A DNA stretch of 64,000 nucleotides from Octopus vulgaris. Lineage: Eukaryota. The notes under the pieces were generated by a model. That model did not search any database, was not told where the DNA came from, and worked only from the letters and a program-made list of their open reading frames with translations. Every line of letters starts with the position of its first letter. The stretch's first letter is position 1. A program made the position numbers and the translations under genes. This document shows, piece after piece, positions 26,532 to 39,132 of the stretch. The stretch lies in the NCBI GenBank assembly GCA_951406725.2, contig OX597817.1:156550001-156614000 (forward strand), read 5' to 3'.

Positions 26532-27225
26532 ATGTATGCATGTATAGTGTATATCATTTTACCTTTGCTTTCCATGCTAGCATGGGTTGAACAGGTCATT
26601 ATTGCTCTTCTAGACAGGACAGGGTACTACATTTTTGTTCATACTTTTCTGGGGTGAGGGTATTGCATGGTTTTTATGGCTAGATGCCCCTCCTCATGTC
26701 ACCCACTTGACATACACACACCTGCATATATTAAACTGACTGAGAGATCTTGTACCATTTACTTTGTATGCATATAGAATTCTTAGTAAATGTTGTTATC
26801 AATGTAAACAATTTTTTTTTCCAGTTTACTTTAGTTATCTCACACACAATCACTTATTACTTGTGTCACAAAGGAACTGGAAATCATGCTTTCAGTACAT
26901 CTTTCAAGCATTGTCCTAATATATTGTGCCCTAATGCAGTGTTTCTCATAGAAACAGGGCCAGTTTGAGAATTGAAAAGGAGGTGAAAATTTGCCATATT
27001 TAATAAAAATTAAGATTGCTCTTAAAAATTTTTAATTTGTTCTTCACCATGGCAAGAAAAGAAAAATAACATAGGTGATGCAGATTTTATTCTAATAATG
27101 TCATGGTGATAGATGCCTCTAGAAGCCATCTGATCTCATAAGATTAGTGTTATGTTTTAAGCAGAGTTTAACCTCTAGCTGCAATGTGGGGTCTTTTATC
27201 ATAGGTAAAAGTCTCCACAGCCTGA

Positions 27226-27531
27226 CAAACGGTGGTATCTAAACCATGTAGGCTGCTTGAGACTTAGCTCACCATCAGACAAGCTGCACTATTAAAAAAA
27301 AATTCAAGGTAATTTTTCATTAGAAAGTTCTGTGGGCCTCAGTTTTCCCAGGACTAATCTAAACAATTACAAAACACTAGGTAGATTTAATCTGCAAAAG
27401 TATGAGATGTTAGCTTATCTACATGGCTATTTTTACCTGTATGTTGTTATTCAACTGTGTCATTTTACTGCTTTAATAACGTATGGTGTTAAAGTATTTG
27501 GACAACTGATTACAGGTCATGGATTCAGATC
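27226..27531 (+). repeat. ~305-bp direct duplication, copy 1 (copy 2 at about 30965-31280)
   Basis: Near-identical sequence; it gives the twin ORFs at 27332 and 31072. Confidence 0.92.
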
Positions 27532-28416
27532 TTACTAAATCCAAAACTCATTGTTTTGTTCCGATAACAAAGTGCATTTCTCTGCTTACTTTAGTTTTTT
27601 CCCCAACATGTTAAGTAGGCACCATACTTCATTCTTAACTGATTAGCAATAAAAATGACACTCCTTGCTCCAACATTTGTCAAATGTTCAGAATGATATA
27701 ACCAGTCTCATCCATTCTGATAGAGGAAGAAGTATATAAATTAACTAAAATATGTTTTTATAATGTCACACTGAGAGGGTAGACTATAGAGAATGTGCTA
27801 GAATGGATAAATTTCACATCCACTACAATGAAGTCTAGCTATATTTTACCCTGTACTGTATAATAATCTAGATATATGATGTGTCCTATTGGTGAATAGC
27901 ACAAGTTCTTAAGATCCAGGACTGCTTTTCATTCAGAGATATCCGAAAAATAAACTGTTTTCCTTTAATTAGGATGTCACAGTACTATGTTGCCATTTTT
28001 TATTTCTTTCATCTATTCCTCACCTCTTCAAATAACTAATTCTCTAAATCAAAATCATTCAGTAAACACTGTAAATTGATATACTCCTAGTAAAGTATTG
28101 CAGTGATTTTCAGTTCCTAGTTTAGATCTTTACTATTTTGGTACTCTTATTGGTAAGTAGAGAGATTATCGATGTTGTGTTTTGATGTTGTCATCATCAT
28201 TGTTGTAGTTGCTATTGATATTTACTACACCTATATTTTAGTTTCATTAAAATTTTTTTTGTTTAGTTTTTTTTTTTTTTAGTTTTTTTTTTATAAATAT
28301 ATGTTTCTATGCCATATCTTGCATCTATGTGCTTACCACCACATCGATGTCCCTGCCCCCCCGCATGATAATGATGTTTTAAGTGTCTGCCCTTTGTTGC
28401 TTCTGTCCTGCATTAG

Positions 28417-28566
28417 GACTTGCGTAAAGTTCGAGCGACTTCTCAGGAAGCTCGCACTCGTGACATTAGCCCTGGCCTGGCATACCCCAAGTACCTGGAA
28501 AAGGGTCCCGACTACGAAGCAGAGATGATATACTACAGTGGAGATGTGTTATCACCTCAAGAAAAG
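28417..28566 (+). CDS. ANK: Ankyrin linker exon D (DLRKVRATSQEAR...SGDVLSPQEK)
   Basis: ttctgtcctgcattag acceptor; aag|gtaaat donor; 150 nt, phase 0-0; GC-richer unique sequence with an open frame. Confidence 0.8.
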
Positions 28567-29440
28567 GTAAATTTTAACTTATCTCCTGGACTAATTAATT
28601 CATTAACATCTTTTACTTTTATTTATTTGAAAGAGCCGGACCTATCACATCACATCACATTGCTAATCAACTAATTAAAATTCTTCTTTCCAAGCATGTA
28701 TTTTGATATGTAAATGTTTTAATCATGTAAATCTGTAATTATACTGACACAAAGTTTCAAAGCCTACTCCTGGGTTAGCAGCAATATTCCTCTATCATAA
28801 TTTCAACTTTGACACCATCTTAATAACTTTATCATCGTAGGGTATTCTTCTAACAAAAGTGGGGCAAGCTGATATCCTTTTAACATTATACTCATTATAA
28901 AAACTCTGTTTTTAAGCCATGTGAAACCATTTAAAGAAATCTATTCCATCTTATCAGACTAGAAGAAACCTCTTTATAGAATATATATATATCAGATTAC
29001 ATGGAAAGATTAAAATAGATTTGTACAGTATTAAATTGTTTTCTGTCATTATATGAAACTGAAATTGTTTTGCTTTGTTTCATTGCAAAATTGGTGCAAT
29101 GAAGAACCAAAAGCATCCTTAGAAATCTGTGTTATATATATTTCATAACTGTGAAGTACTGGGTTCTAGCTCACTGTGTGGTATCTTGGGCAAGTATCAT
29201 TTTGAAAAACATTGGGTTGGCTCTTACGTTGTGAGTTAAGTAGATGAAAATTGTATTGAAGCTCATCAGATGCATTGTGTCCAAAGTATGACCTCATCAC
29301 AAACTGCATTAAACTTATTCTTTTGAGGGTACTTGTCTGGAATACTCAGCCACATGCAAGCTTATTCAATGAGAAAGTTATCTAGCTGATTGAACAGCTA
29401 AATCCTCATCACCAAACTTCTGTGTGCATATATATATATA

Positions 29441-29870
29441 CTAGCAGCATAGTCCGACGTTGCCCGGGTATGTAAGAGCCCCTAGTAGGCAACGACTAAT
29501 CCCAATCTAGTCCTTTCTCTCAAGGGAACGAAGGCGCATGTGTAGGTTGCAATGTCTTCTCTTCACTCGAATACTTCTGTGTATACGATGTTCCTAGCTG
29601 TCCCTTTGGGCGATAAAATGGTCGAGTTGTGTCCCCTGGACAGAAAATGTGTTGCATATAAAAAGCTTAGATTCTCGACCCCATGTCGAATTTATTGATT
29701 TTTTTCAGAATTTGGGGAACTTTTCAAAATTTTCACTGCGTTAGTTTTGAATTATGACATTGGGCTATGTGTGTGTCAAGTTTCATCAGAATCGGTTGAA
29801 AGCCATGGTCAGGGTGAGGGTACAACCTGACAGACACACAGACAGACAAACTGCCGTTTATATAGAGAGA
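29441..29870 (-). mobile_element. Non-autonomous Helitron-like element
   Basis: The minus strand starts TC, carries (GTCT)n near the 5' end, and ends with a GC-rich hairpin then CTAG; inserted between A and T. Confidence 0.8.
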
Positions 29871-29891
29871 TATGTATATATATATATATAT

Positions 29892-30240
29892 ATCATCATC
29901 ATCATTTAACGTCTGTTGTCCTGTAGGCATGGATTGGACGGTTTGACCAGGGTTGGTAAGCTGAGGGGCTGCACCAGACTATATTCTGATCCGGCATGGT
30001 TTCTACAGCTGGATGCCTTTCCTAACGCCAACCCCTCCAAGAGTGTAATGGATGCTTTTACATTCCACTGGCACAGGTGCCAGTTGCATGACACCAGCAT
30101 GTGCCACAACTACAGTTTCACTCAGCTTGATGGGTCTTCTACTCAAGCACAGCATATTGCCAAAGGCCTCAGTCGTTTATCATTGCCTCCATGAGGCTCA
30201 ACACTCGAAAGGTGCTTTTTACGTACCTCTGGCATGGGTT
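29892..30240 (-). mobile_element. Retroposon family D copy
   Basis: catcatcatttaacgtc...tttctacagctggatgcc matches 6953-7130. Confidence 0.75.
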
Positions 30241-32294
30241 TGTATTACTTGGTTTCATATTGGAAATACGAAGGAAATTTATTTAAGAGGACAAATCAAT
30301 TTTTAAATCTATAATTGTTTGAAGAATATATTTCAATATCAATACAATCATAAGCATATAAAAAAGAAAGTATCTTAATTCTAGTTAGCTCTCAGTAATG
30401 ATCCTTACTGGAAGTTTTATGGAATTTGATCTGATTGTATTGATAAAATAAATGACATGTTTAGAAGACTTGCTCTAATTACAGTGATATTAGTAATTAC
30501 TTAGATAATTGGTAAAAGGTGATTAATAAATAAGTCTCATGAACTTTCATAATTTATGCAGTGATTGTATTTCCATGGCTTTGTGTTGATATGATTTACA
30601 ATCAAATTAATATTTACACTCTATTTAAATCCTGTGGTCACACCTATGGCTTAAGACACCTCTTCAATCTGATCTGTGCTTGGTTGCCAACTTCCTGTGA
30701 TTAATCCTATGACATCTAAACTATCTTGATTTAATAGGGTTCATTTCCTCCTCTCTGTTACATAAAAGAAATGGCCTAACCCCTTAAGCATTCAAATTAC
30801 TGTTAAATGTAATGTCTACTTTCCACAAAATTTTTGAAATAATTATGCATTATCTTGTAGCTTGAAGATTTCAGTGATGTGACTGCGTATTTTTAGAATA
30901 ATACTGTAGAGTAAGTGTAAGAGGCCTGATCTGGCTGGTTTGAACATGAAGCAGGTAGAATATTACAAACGGTGGTATCTAAAACGTGTAGGCTGCTTGA
31001 GACTTAGCTCACCATCAGACAAGCTGCACTATTAAAAAACAATTCAAGGTAATTTTTCATTAGAAAGTCCTGTGGGCCTCAGTTTTCCCAGGACTAATCT
31101 AAACAATTACAAAACACTAGGTAGATTTAATCTGCAAAAGTATGAGATGTTAGCGTATCTACATGGCTATTTTTACCTGTATGTTGTTATTCAACTGTGT
31201 CATTTTACTGCTTTAATAACGTATGGTGTTAAAGTACTTGGACAACTGAACAACTGATTACAGGTCATGGATTCAGATCTAACCAGTTTAAATGTTAAAT
31301 AATTAAACAGCAAACAAGGTGCTACATATCTACACTGCTGCATTTAATCTAATGCAATCTTAACACTTCATAAGTCTGGTTCTGCAGGATACTCTGTGTC
31401 CAGAGTGAATCTTTGTACATCCAATAAACTGTATTTGAGTTAATCTCAAACATTTAGTTAGTGACAGTCATGTTAAGTAGAATTCATAAATATCATGCTT
31501 CAGTCCTATAACTGCAGCTGCTGTATAAACTATCAACAAAATTCTAACAGTTATAGGCAAGACTTTCTGAATGGCACCTTCTACAAAAAAATTACCTTAA
31601 ATTTTTTTTTTTACTAGTGCAGCCTGCTTGATGATGAGAGCCATATCTCATGCTGTCTGCTTCTTGAAAAAGGTTGCCCATGCATGATGTAGATGTACCT
31701 TTTGAATAGAAGACTATATGAACTTTACTGAGTGTATATATAGTTGCTGAAGTTTGAAATTGATGAGAAACTTTACGGGGAAAGATATAGACTGGTTAAC
31801 TCAATATCTGGTCAAGGAAAGAAATCTTTTAGGAGAGATAAGGATTAGATAGATAGGTGGGGTGTGTGATTATTGCTGAGGTAATGATGTAAGGGGTGGA
31901 TGCCTCTTGGGCTAGTCTAGCAGCCTGTACTTTTGATAATTCTGATTTATTTAAATTTTAATTGATGGGATAATATTTGTGGAATGCTGACTTCTACCTG
32001 AACATTTGACACTGGTGTAAATGTAAAAGTCAACCTCACTAAACTTAGTAAACTAGTCAGTACTTGGCGTTAGATACATCAAGGTCATTGATAAGCGAAT
32101 GAAGAAATCCTCACCAGATCATTCATTTTGCTGGAAGTAGTTGTCAATTCTCCTTGAAATGACACTGTGCCATCTTAAGAGGAAGAACACATTGGACAGT
32201 GTAGTTTCTGATATATAAAGAGACCAGTAGGTCATAGAGTTGCTTGATCAAAGGTTGACCTGAGGATACAAAACAAGGTCCTGTCTTATGTCAA

Positions 32295-32702
32295 ACCAAA
32301 TGAGTTCCCTATGGATACCATATTTATTACAACGAGTGGCTTGTAAACGTATCTAACGAGCGAAAGTGAGTTAGATATGTTTACAAGCCACGAGTTGTAA
32401 TAAATACGGTATCCATAGGGAATGAGTTTGGTATTTTATTTATTACACACGAATAAACGACCATATTTTATTAACCCAATAACTAAATTCTTCACGTTTA
32501 GTTGTAACTTATGAATGACAAAAGTAGTGCCGTCACCGTGACCTCAAGTCATCACCATGGATTGACCAATCAGAAGCAGCACTGTCACCATGACCTCGGG
32601 TCATCACCATGGATTGACCAATGAGAAGCAGCGCTCGCAGTATCTGACATATGTTAGATACCAAAAATATCTCAGTGTTCTCACTCACATGTGTGTAATA
32701 AA
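32295..32702. mobile_element. Unclassified non-autonomous element: long hairpin, tandem CCAAT repeats, short inverted repeat
   Basis: Hairpin 32295-32432; two ~51-bp direct repeats at 32532-32631; tttattacacac / gtgtgtaataaa inverted pair. Confidence 0.6.
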
Positions 32703-33115
32703 GGCCATTATCCAGTAAAGGATGTGTTAAAAGTTGCTTTTAATACAGTATATCAGATATGCAACATAAGGTGTATTAAGATTGCTGTAAATAACAACAT
32801 ACTTCAAACATTAAGTATCAATCAATGAGTGTGTGTCAAAGGCCAATAAAAATACCCAGGATTAACTCTCCAGAAATGGTTGTCAAGATCACTGTTGTTA
32901 GATTCAGTTCTGTAGTTTTAACTATGCAATGTTCAAATTAAATTGTAATAACCCAAAACTTCACTTGAGAAATCTAAAATTCACCTTCATTTAATTCCAT
33001 CTTTGCTACTAACACTTTGTTGTCATTGCTAATTGTTGTTGTTAATAATGATGTTGTTCTCCTTTTAACTCCGTCATGATAAAGCATGAAACCAGTTTTA
33101 TTCTCACCCCACCAG

Positions 33116-33385
33116 CACCAGCAGGGTCACGACAGTGTCATTGCTAATGGATTCTCAACCCTAGACCAACTATCCCCATCCCTCGAAAGGGACCGTTTGT
33201 CAACATGTGATAAAGATTCTGCTTTCGATAGAGAATCCATTCTGGGTAGACATTCTCCATACCCACAACAAGCCGAACTGGCATACGCGAGGAACGTGTC
33301 CTCACGACCTCCTACTTCTTTGGGCAGCTACATTGATGATGAAAATCTGAGCTATGTTGATGACATAGATTCGTCATCTTTACAG
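33116..33385 (+). CDS. ANK: Ankyrin linker exon E (HQQGHDSVIANG...YVDDIDSSSLQ)
   Basis: ttctcaccccaccag acceptor, with alternative in-frame CAGs at 33121 and 33124; cag|gtaaac donor; 270 nt, phase 0-0; Ser/Asp-rich open frame. Confidence 0.8.
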
Positions 33386-34970
33386 GTAAACTTAATTGGG
33401 TTGAACAGAGGGTAATCATCTGTAGATATTGCTTCAAATAGGCTTTTCTCTTTTTCTCGAACTTGTTGTAAATGATTATCATCGTCAGTGGGTCAGTTCC
33501 TATTGTGCATAGCTAATCACTCAAATGACCAGGTGCAATGCATAAATCTTTTGCTCCAGATTTACTGAATCTCAACCCAGGGGAAAATTATTCTAGGTAC
33601 TTCAGTGGCAGTTGTTTGAGAAAACTTCTATGTACTCACTCAATTTGCTAAAATTAGCAAGTACCACACTCTACAATCATTAAAAAGAAAATGGAAGATC
33701 ATGATAGGTAAATATGTTTTATCACTGGGTAATTAGTTTGACAAGAATGAACATTTGTGAAAAAATACTCTTATATTATGAGTATTTTGGAATTTAATTC
33801 AAGGCTAATTCATTATATATGTATATAACAAAATTTAAATTAAGGGTGTATTGATTATGGGGGACTAAAATCTATGCAAGCAGATAAAGGTTGCCAATAC
33901 TTGTGTTGGCACAATAATGAAATTGTTTCTGTCTAAATTCTTTAACTCTTGAAGAAGGAGTCTCTTTCACACTAAAGACTGAGCCATGATAAATTCTTGA
34001 AAGAATAACCAAATCATAGCAGATAACAAGAAATGTGTGTAATATATCATCATCATATATGTATGTATTCTCAAAGAGATTGGCCCTTTCTTCTTTATGC
34101 ACAAAAACGGTGGTCTGAAAGGTCAGCCCAAGCATCTCCTAAAAGCTAAGAAAGACTGAACACAGCTGAGTGCCAATTCTAGTGGTGAATCTCTGCTGTT
34201 CATGGCTACAGACCAGAAAATAGGTCATGAATTCTAAATTGTTCAATAGTTTGTCAGAAAATCTTAAGCTTATATATTTATTTACTCAGTCTTAGTTTTG
34301 TGATGATGATAGCAATGTTTTTTTTTACTGTCACAAGACTATAAAATTGTGTGGGAGGAATTTAAGTTGATTGCATTGACCCCCAACACATGACTAGGTA
34401 TGTATTTTATAAAACTTAGAATAAAAAGCAGTGTGAGTGAAAACACTATGCTCTTGTATTTCTGTCACTTCATCTCTAGCAATATTAATTTCTTGTTTAG
34501 ATGTGAAGTTTCAAATTCAGTGGTGTGGGGGAAGAGTCATAACATTCCAACCTTTGTCAGAAGTGAAAGCAAATCCAAGTCTCAAATGGAAGAGATATAA
34601 TTTACAACATGTCCGAGAAAGTCATTTAGGAGCACTCTTCTGTCCTGAAGTTGCTTTTTGCTCTTTTCACTCTCTCTCTCTTGGGTTTCTGCCATCTTGC
34701 TTTAAATTTTCTACATTGCTGTTCTGTCACCTTTTTTTTATATGGGATTGTTACTAAAGATTTAACATAAAAGTTGAAGAAGAAATATGGGTGTTTGGTT
34801 GTGTTTTATACTTCTTCCATTCTTTTACTACATAAACCTTCTGGTATGGATATGTATACAGGTTTGATATGTATGTACTCACATACACATCAGTAGAGGA
34901 ATAGTCACTAACACTAACCTATTGCTTTGGTTCTTTGTTTGCTTCTGTGCGTGTGCAGTAATAAACAGAT

Positions 34971-35012
<42 letters not shown>

Positions 35013-35758
35013 AACTGATTGACTAGTATATTTGTGATGCTTATATGTGCATGTATAAATTACATTTACTCGTGTAATTATATATACATGTGTGTGTGTG
35101 TGTGTGTACGGATGGATGTATAGATTTTCATACTAATTATTTTGTCTAGTGTGAAGCCATCCTTCCTTCTCTATCTTACCACCAATCTAAATACCCGGTA
35201 TCGGTGGTATTTAAAGGCGGGGGAACAAAACTGAATCCAATTTATACATACATATAAAACAATTGACAATAACTTTGTCAGTGGGTGCATGTGTGTATGT
35301 GTGCATATACATATGTCAGTATGTATGTTTGCCTGTTTTTCTACTATCTATTATGTGAGTTTGTGGTCTTGTGAGTGTGTGTATGTGTCTTTCATTCTCT
35401 CCTCTGTAGTAAAAGGTCAAATTGTTGCTCAGAAGCATTTTGACATGATTCTTTCCTCTTTGCTGCTGTTAAACACACATACACAGCATGCAAACTCTTT
35501 CCTATGGTCATTTTTGAGATTTAACTCTTCTTTACTGTCTGTCTGTGTCAATGTAACTCATAATTTCTCTCTCTTTCTCTATTATCCTTCTCTTCAGACT
35601 TTTCTCCTCTCTTAAGATTACTTACAGTTTTCTTGTATCTATCGAAGATGCTTATAGATTCCTGATGTCTTTTAGACAACTTCTAGTTTTCCAATATCTA
35701 AGAGGCTGCTTATAGTTTACCTGGAGTGTTTACTGGACAACATAATTTTTTTTGTTTC

Positions 35759-35842
<84 letters not shown>

Positions 35843-35846
<4 letters not shown>

Positions 35847-36222
35847 GCGCAATGGCCCAGTGGTTAGGGCAGCGGACTTGCGGTCATACGATCGCGGTTT
35901 CGATTCCCAGACCGAGCATTGTGAGTGTTTATTGAGCGAAAACACCTAAAACTCCACGAGGCTCCAGCAGGAGGTGGTGGTGAACCCTGCTGTACTCTTT
36001 CACCACAACTTTCTCTCGCTCTTTCTTCCTGTTTCTCTTGTACCTGTATTTCAAGGGGCCGGCCTTGTCACTCTCTGTGTCACGCTGAATATCCCCGAGA
36101 ACTACGTTAAGGGTACACGTGTCTGTGGAGTGCTCGGCCACTTACATGTTAATTTCACGAGCAGGCTGTTCCGTTGATTGTATCAGCTGGGACCCTCATC
36201 GTCGCAACCGACGGAGTGCTCC
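35843..36222 (+). mobile_element. SINE family A copy
   Basis: Colinear with 210-597; sits after a (TA)n tract. Confidence 0.9.
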
Positions 36223-37270
36223 TATTAGTTTTCCAATATCTAAGAAGCTGCTTATAGTTATCTGGAGTGTTTACTGGACAACATAATTTTTTTTGTTTCA
36301 TTTTTATATATCTATATATCTATCTATATATATATATATATATATATACATATATATTATATTGTTTTCCCCTGGTGCCTATGGCTGTCTCCTCACTACT
36401 AACATCTAATAAAATAATTTAGAATCTCCTGGTGCTTATTAAACAGCTTTTATATTCGTATTGTCTACAAAAGAGTTCATAATCCTTTGAAGACTTAAGC
36501 TACCCAAAGCTACCAATATTCCTTTTAATGTCTACACTAATTTTTTAAATACTTTTTTTAAATATCTGGATTAAATTGCCTGTTTTCTCAATCTATCAAA
36601 GTCCTCAATTTTGTTTTTATTAATCTCTACTAAACCACCATTAGCAGTTTGATACCTCCTTTACTAAACTACCTGTAATCTCCTTATACTCATACTAAAC
36701 TACCTATAATCCTCCAATACCTATACTAAACTACTTATTATATTTTTGTTACCTTTTACTAACTATTTATTCTTTTGACTGGATTTTTATTTCTTTTTCA
36801 TTTGTTGTTGATTAATACCTGCCTATAAATTTCTCGAGATCTGTTCTTCTGCCTCTTGTATTAAACTATCTCTTAGTCCTTTTGCTGTCGACAGAACTAT
36901 CAACGAATTCAATAGCTATTGTATATGCAACGATTAAGCACGGATTGCGTGTATGTGATGAAATAATTGTACAATGTATATAAGTTCATTGAAGTGCATT
37001 CATTTCTAAAAAGATTGCTTTAAATAGCTTTTAATGCCTTTTATTACTGCTTTAATTGATTCAGACATGTTAAAATTTTCTCTTGACTTGAACTTCTTTT
37101 AAATGAAGCTGAGCTGAAGCAACAACAACAATAACACATACAGATAACATGTTTTCAGAAATTGAGAAAATTATCTGTATTTTTTGTTATTGTTGTTGTT
37201 ATTATTATTATCTTTATTATTGCCTTGTTTTCAGGAATTGAGAAAATGTTCTGTATTTTTGTTATTGCTG

Positions 37271-37273
<3 letters not shown>

Positions 37274-37349
<76 letters not shown>

Positions 37350-37354
37350 CATTA

Positions 37355-37404
<50 letters not shown>

Positions 37405-37483
37405 TATTATTACTATTATTATTATTATTATTACTATTATTATTATTATTACTATTATTATTATTATTATTATTATTATTATC

Positions 37484-37515
<32 letters not shown>
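37274..37515. repeat. (ATT)n microsatellite
   Basis: Seen directly; it explains the poly-I/Y/L/N ORFs. Confidence 0.97.
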
Positions 37516-37516
37516 C

Positions 37517-37936
37517 AAACTAGTGAGTTGGCAGAATCATTAGCACAACAGGCAAAATGCTTGGCAGCATTTCCTCCAGCTCTTTACGTTCCAAGTTCAA
37601 ACACCACCAAGGTTGACTTTGCCTTTCATCTTTTCAGAGTCGATAGAATAAATACCAGTCTAGTACTGGGATCAATGTCATCGACTACACCCTTCCTTAA
37701 AAATTGCTGGTTTTGTGCCAGACTTTCAAACCAAACTGAGCTGGCACAATCGTCAACGTGTCAGGCACAGGTAAAATGTTTAGTGACATTTCTTCCAGTT
37801 CTTTATGTTCTGAGCTTAATTCCTGCTGAGGTTGATTTTACCTTTCATCCTTTCCAAGCCAATAAGAAAAGTACCAGTCATGTACTGAGATTGATGTAAT
37901 TGACTTCCCCCGCCCTTCAAATGCCAAAATTAGAAA

Positions 37937-37983
<47 letters not shown>

Positions 37984-38600
37984 GGGTGACAACCTGGCAG
38001 AATTGTTACCAGGTTTGACAAAATGCATAACAGCATTTTGTCCATCTTTACATTCTGAGTTCAAATTCCACCCAGGTCAACATTGCTTTCATCCTTCCTG
38101 GTTCAATAAAATAAATACCAGTGAAACACTGGGGTAGATGTAGTTGGCTAGTCCCGTCCCCAAAAATTTCGGGTCTTGTGCCTAGAGTAGAAAAGATTAT
38201 GTAAGGCAGCAAACTGGCAGAAATGTTAGCACACCGGCCGAAATGCTTAGCTGTATTTTGTCTGTTTTTATATTCTGTTTACCAGTTGCATACTGGGGTT
38301 GATCTAATCAACTGTTTCCTCCCCCAAAATTGCTGGCCTTTTGCCACTGTCAGAAATTGTCATTATCATAATTAGCAGTGAAGGATTCTACAAACTCTGA
38401 AGGGCAGTTGGCAAAAATATACTTTTGCAGTGTTTAGTTATATCCCTCAACATTATAAGTTCAAATCCCATTTGGGTTGACTTTGCCTTTCATCCTTCCA
38501 AGGCCAATAATATAAGTACCAGTCACGTACTGGGGCCAATGTAACTGACAAGACCAATCCCCCAAAATTTCAGGCCTTGTGCTTGTAGTAGAAAGTATTT
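37517..38600 (+). mobile_element. Head-to-tail cluster of about five degenerate SINE B-related copies
   Basis: Repeated (c/t)tggcagaa...gttcaaa...tgcctttcatc...taccagt units next to (ATT)n tracts. Confidence 0.75.
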
Positions 38601-38955
38601 TTTTTTTATCATCATTATTATTATTATTATTATTATTATTTTAATTATTTTATTTTATTTGTTATGTTTTGCAATATTCTGTTTTATCTTCTCATATCTT
38701 TTGCAATTTGCAATGAATGTTCCTCAAATAAAGCAAATGTCGGTGTTTATTTGTTATATTTTCATTTGGTGGAGGAGAAAAGTAAGAAAAAAAAAAATTT
38801 CAAAAAAGAAAGCAAAAAAAAAACAAAACAATAAATTGTTAAGGAATTTTGTTGCAAGGAAAGCTGTAAAAAAATTTTGGTCAACTTCTGACTTATTTTC
38901 ACTTGATGGGTCTGAAGGAAGAAGCAATGTGCCTGGCTCTTGTAGACTTTTCTAG

Positions 38956-39132
38956 AGTGGCGAGATATCTGCCATTAATGTTCTTGAATCCCTATACTCA
39001 ACACCTATAGGGAAAGATATGAGCAGGGAAATAAATTCTGAGGGCTTACATTCTGAGAAGGATGGAGCTAATATAGAGATTAGTGTGAGGATTAAGGTTT
39101 TGGACACAAGTATGATGGAAGAAGAGAGACAA
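38956..39132 (+). CDS. Candidate extra cassette exon (SGEISAINVLESLYSTPIGKD...SMMEEERQ)
   Basis: cttttctag acceptor; caa|gtaaga donor; 177 nt = 59 open codons; phase 0-0 fits the flanking exons. No homology support seen. Confidence 0.4.

Noticed and set aside
27332-27538. Twin ORFs at 27332 and 31072 as duplicated exons
   Set aside because: There are no compatible splice sites or recognisable protein features; a non-coding duplication explains them.
37155-37899. Long poly-I/Y/L/N ORFs
   Set aside because: They are translations of an (ATT)n microsatellite plus SINE sequence.
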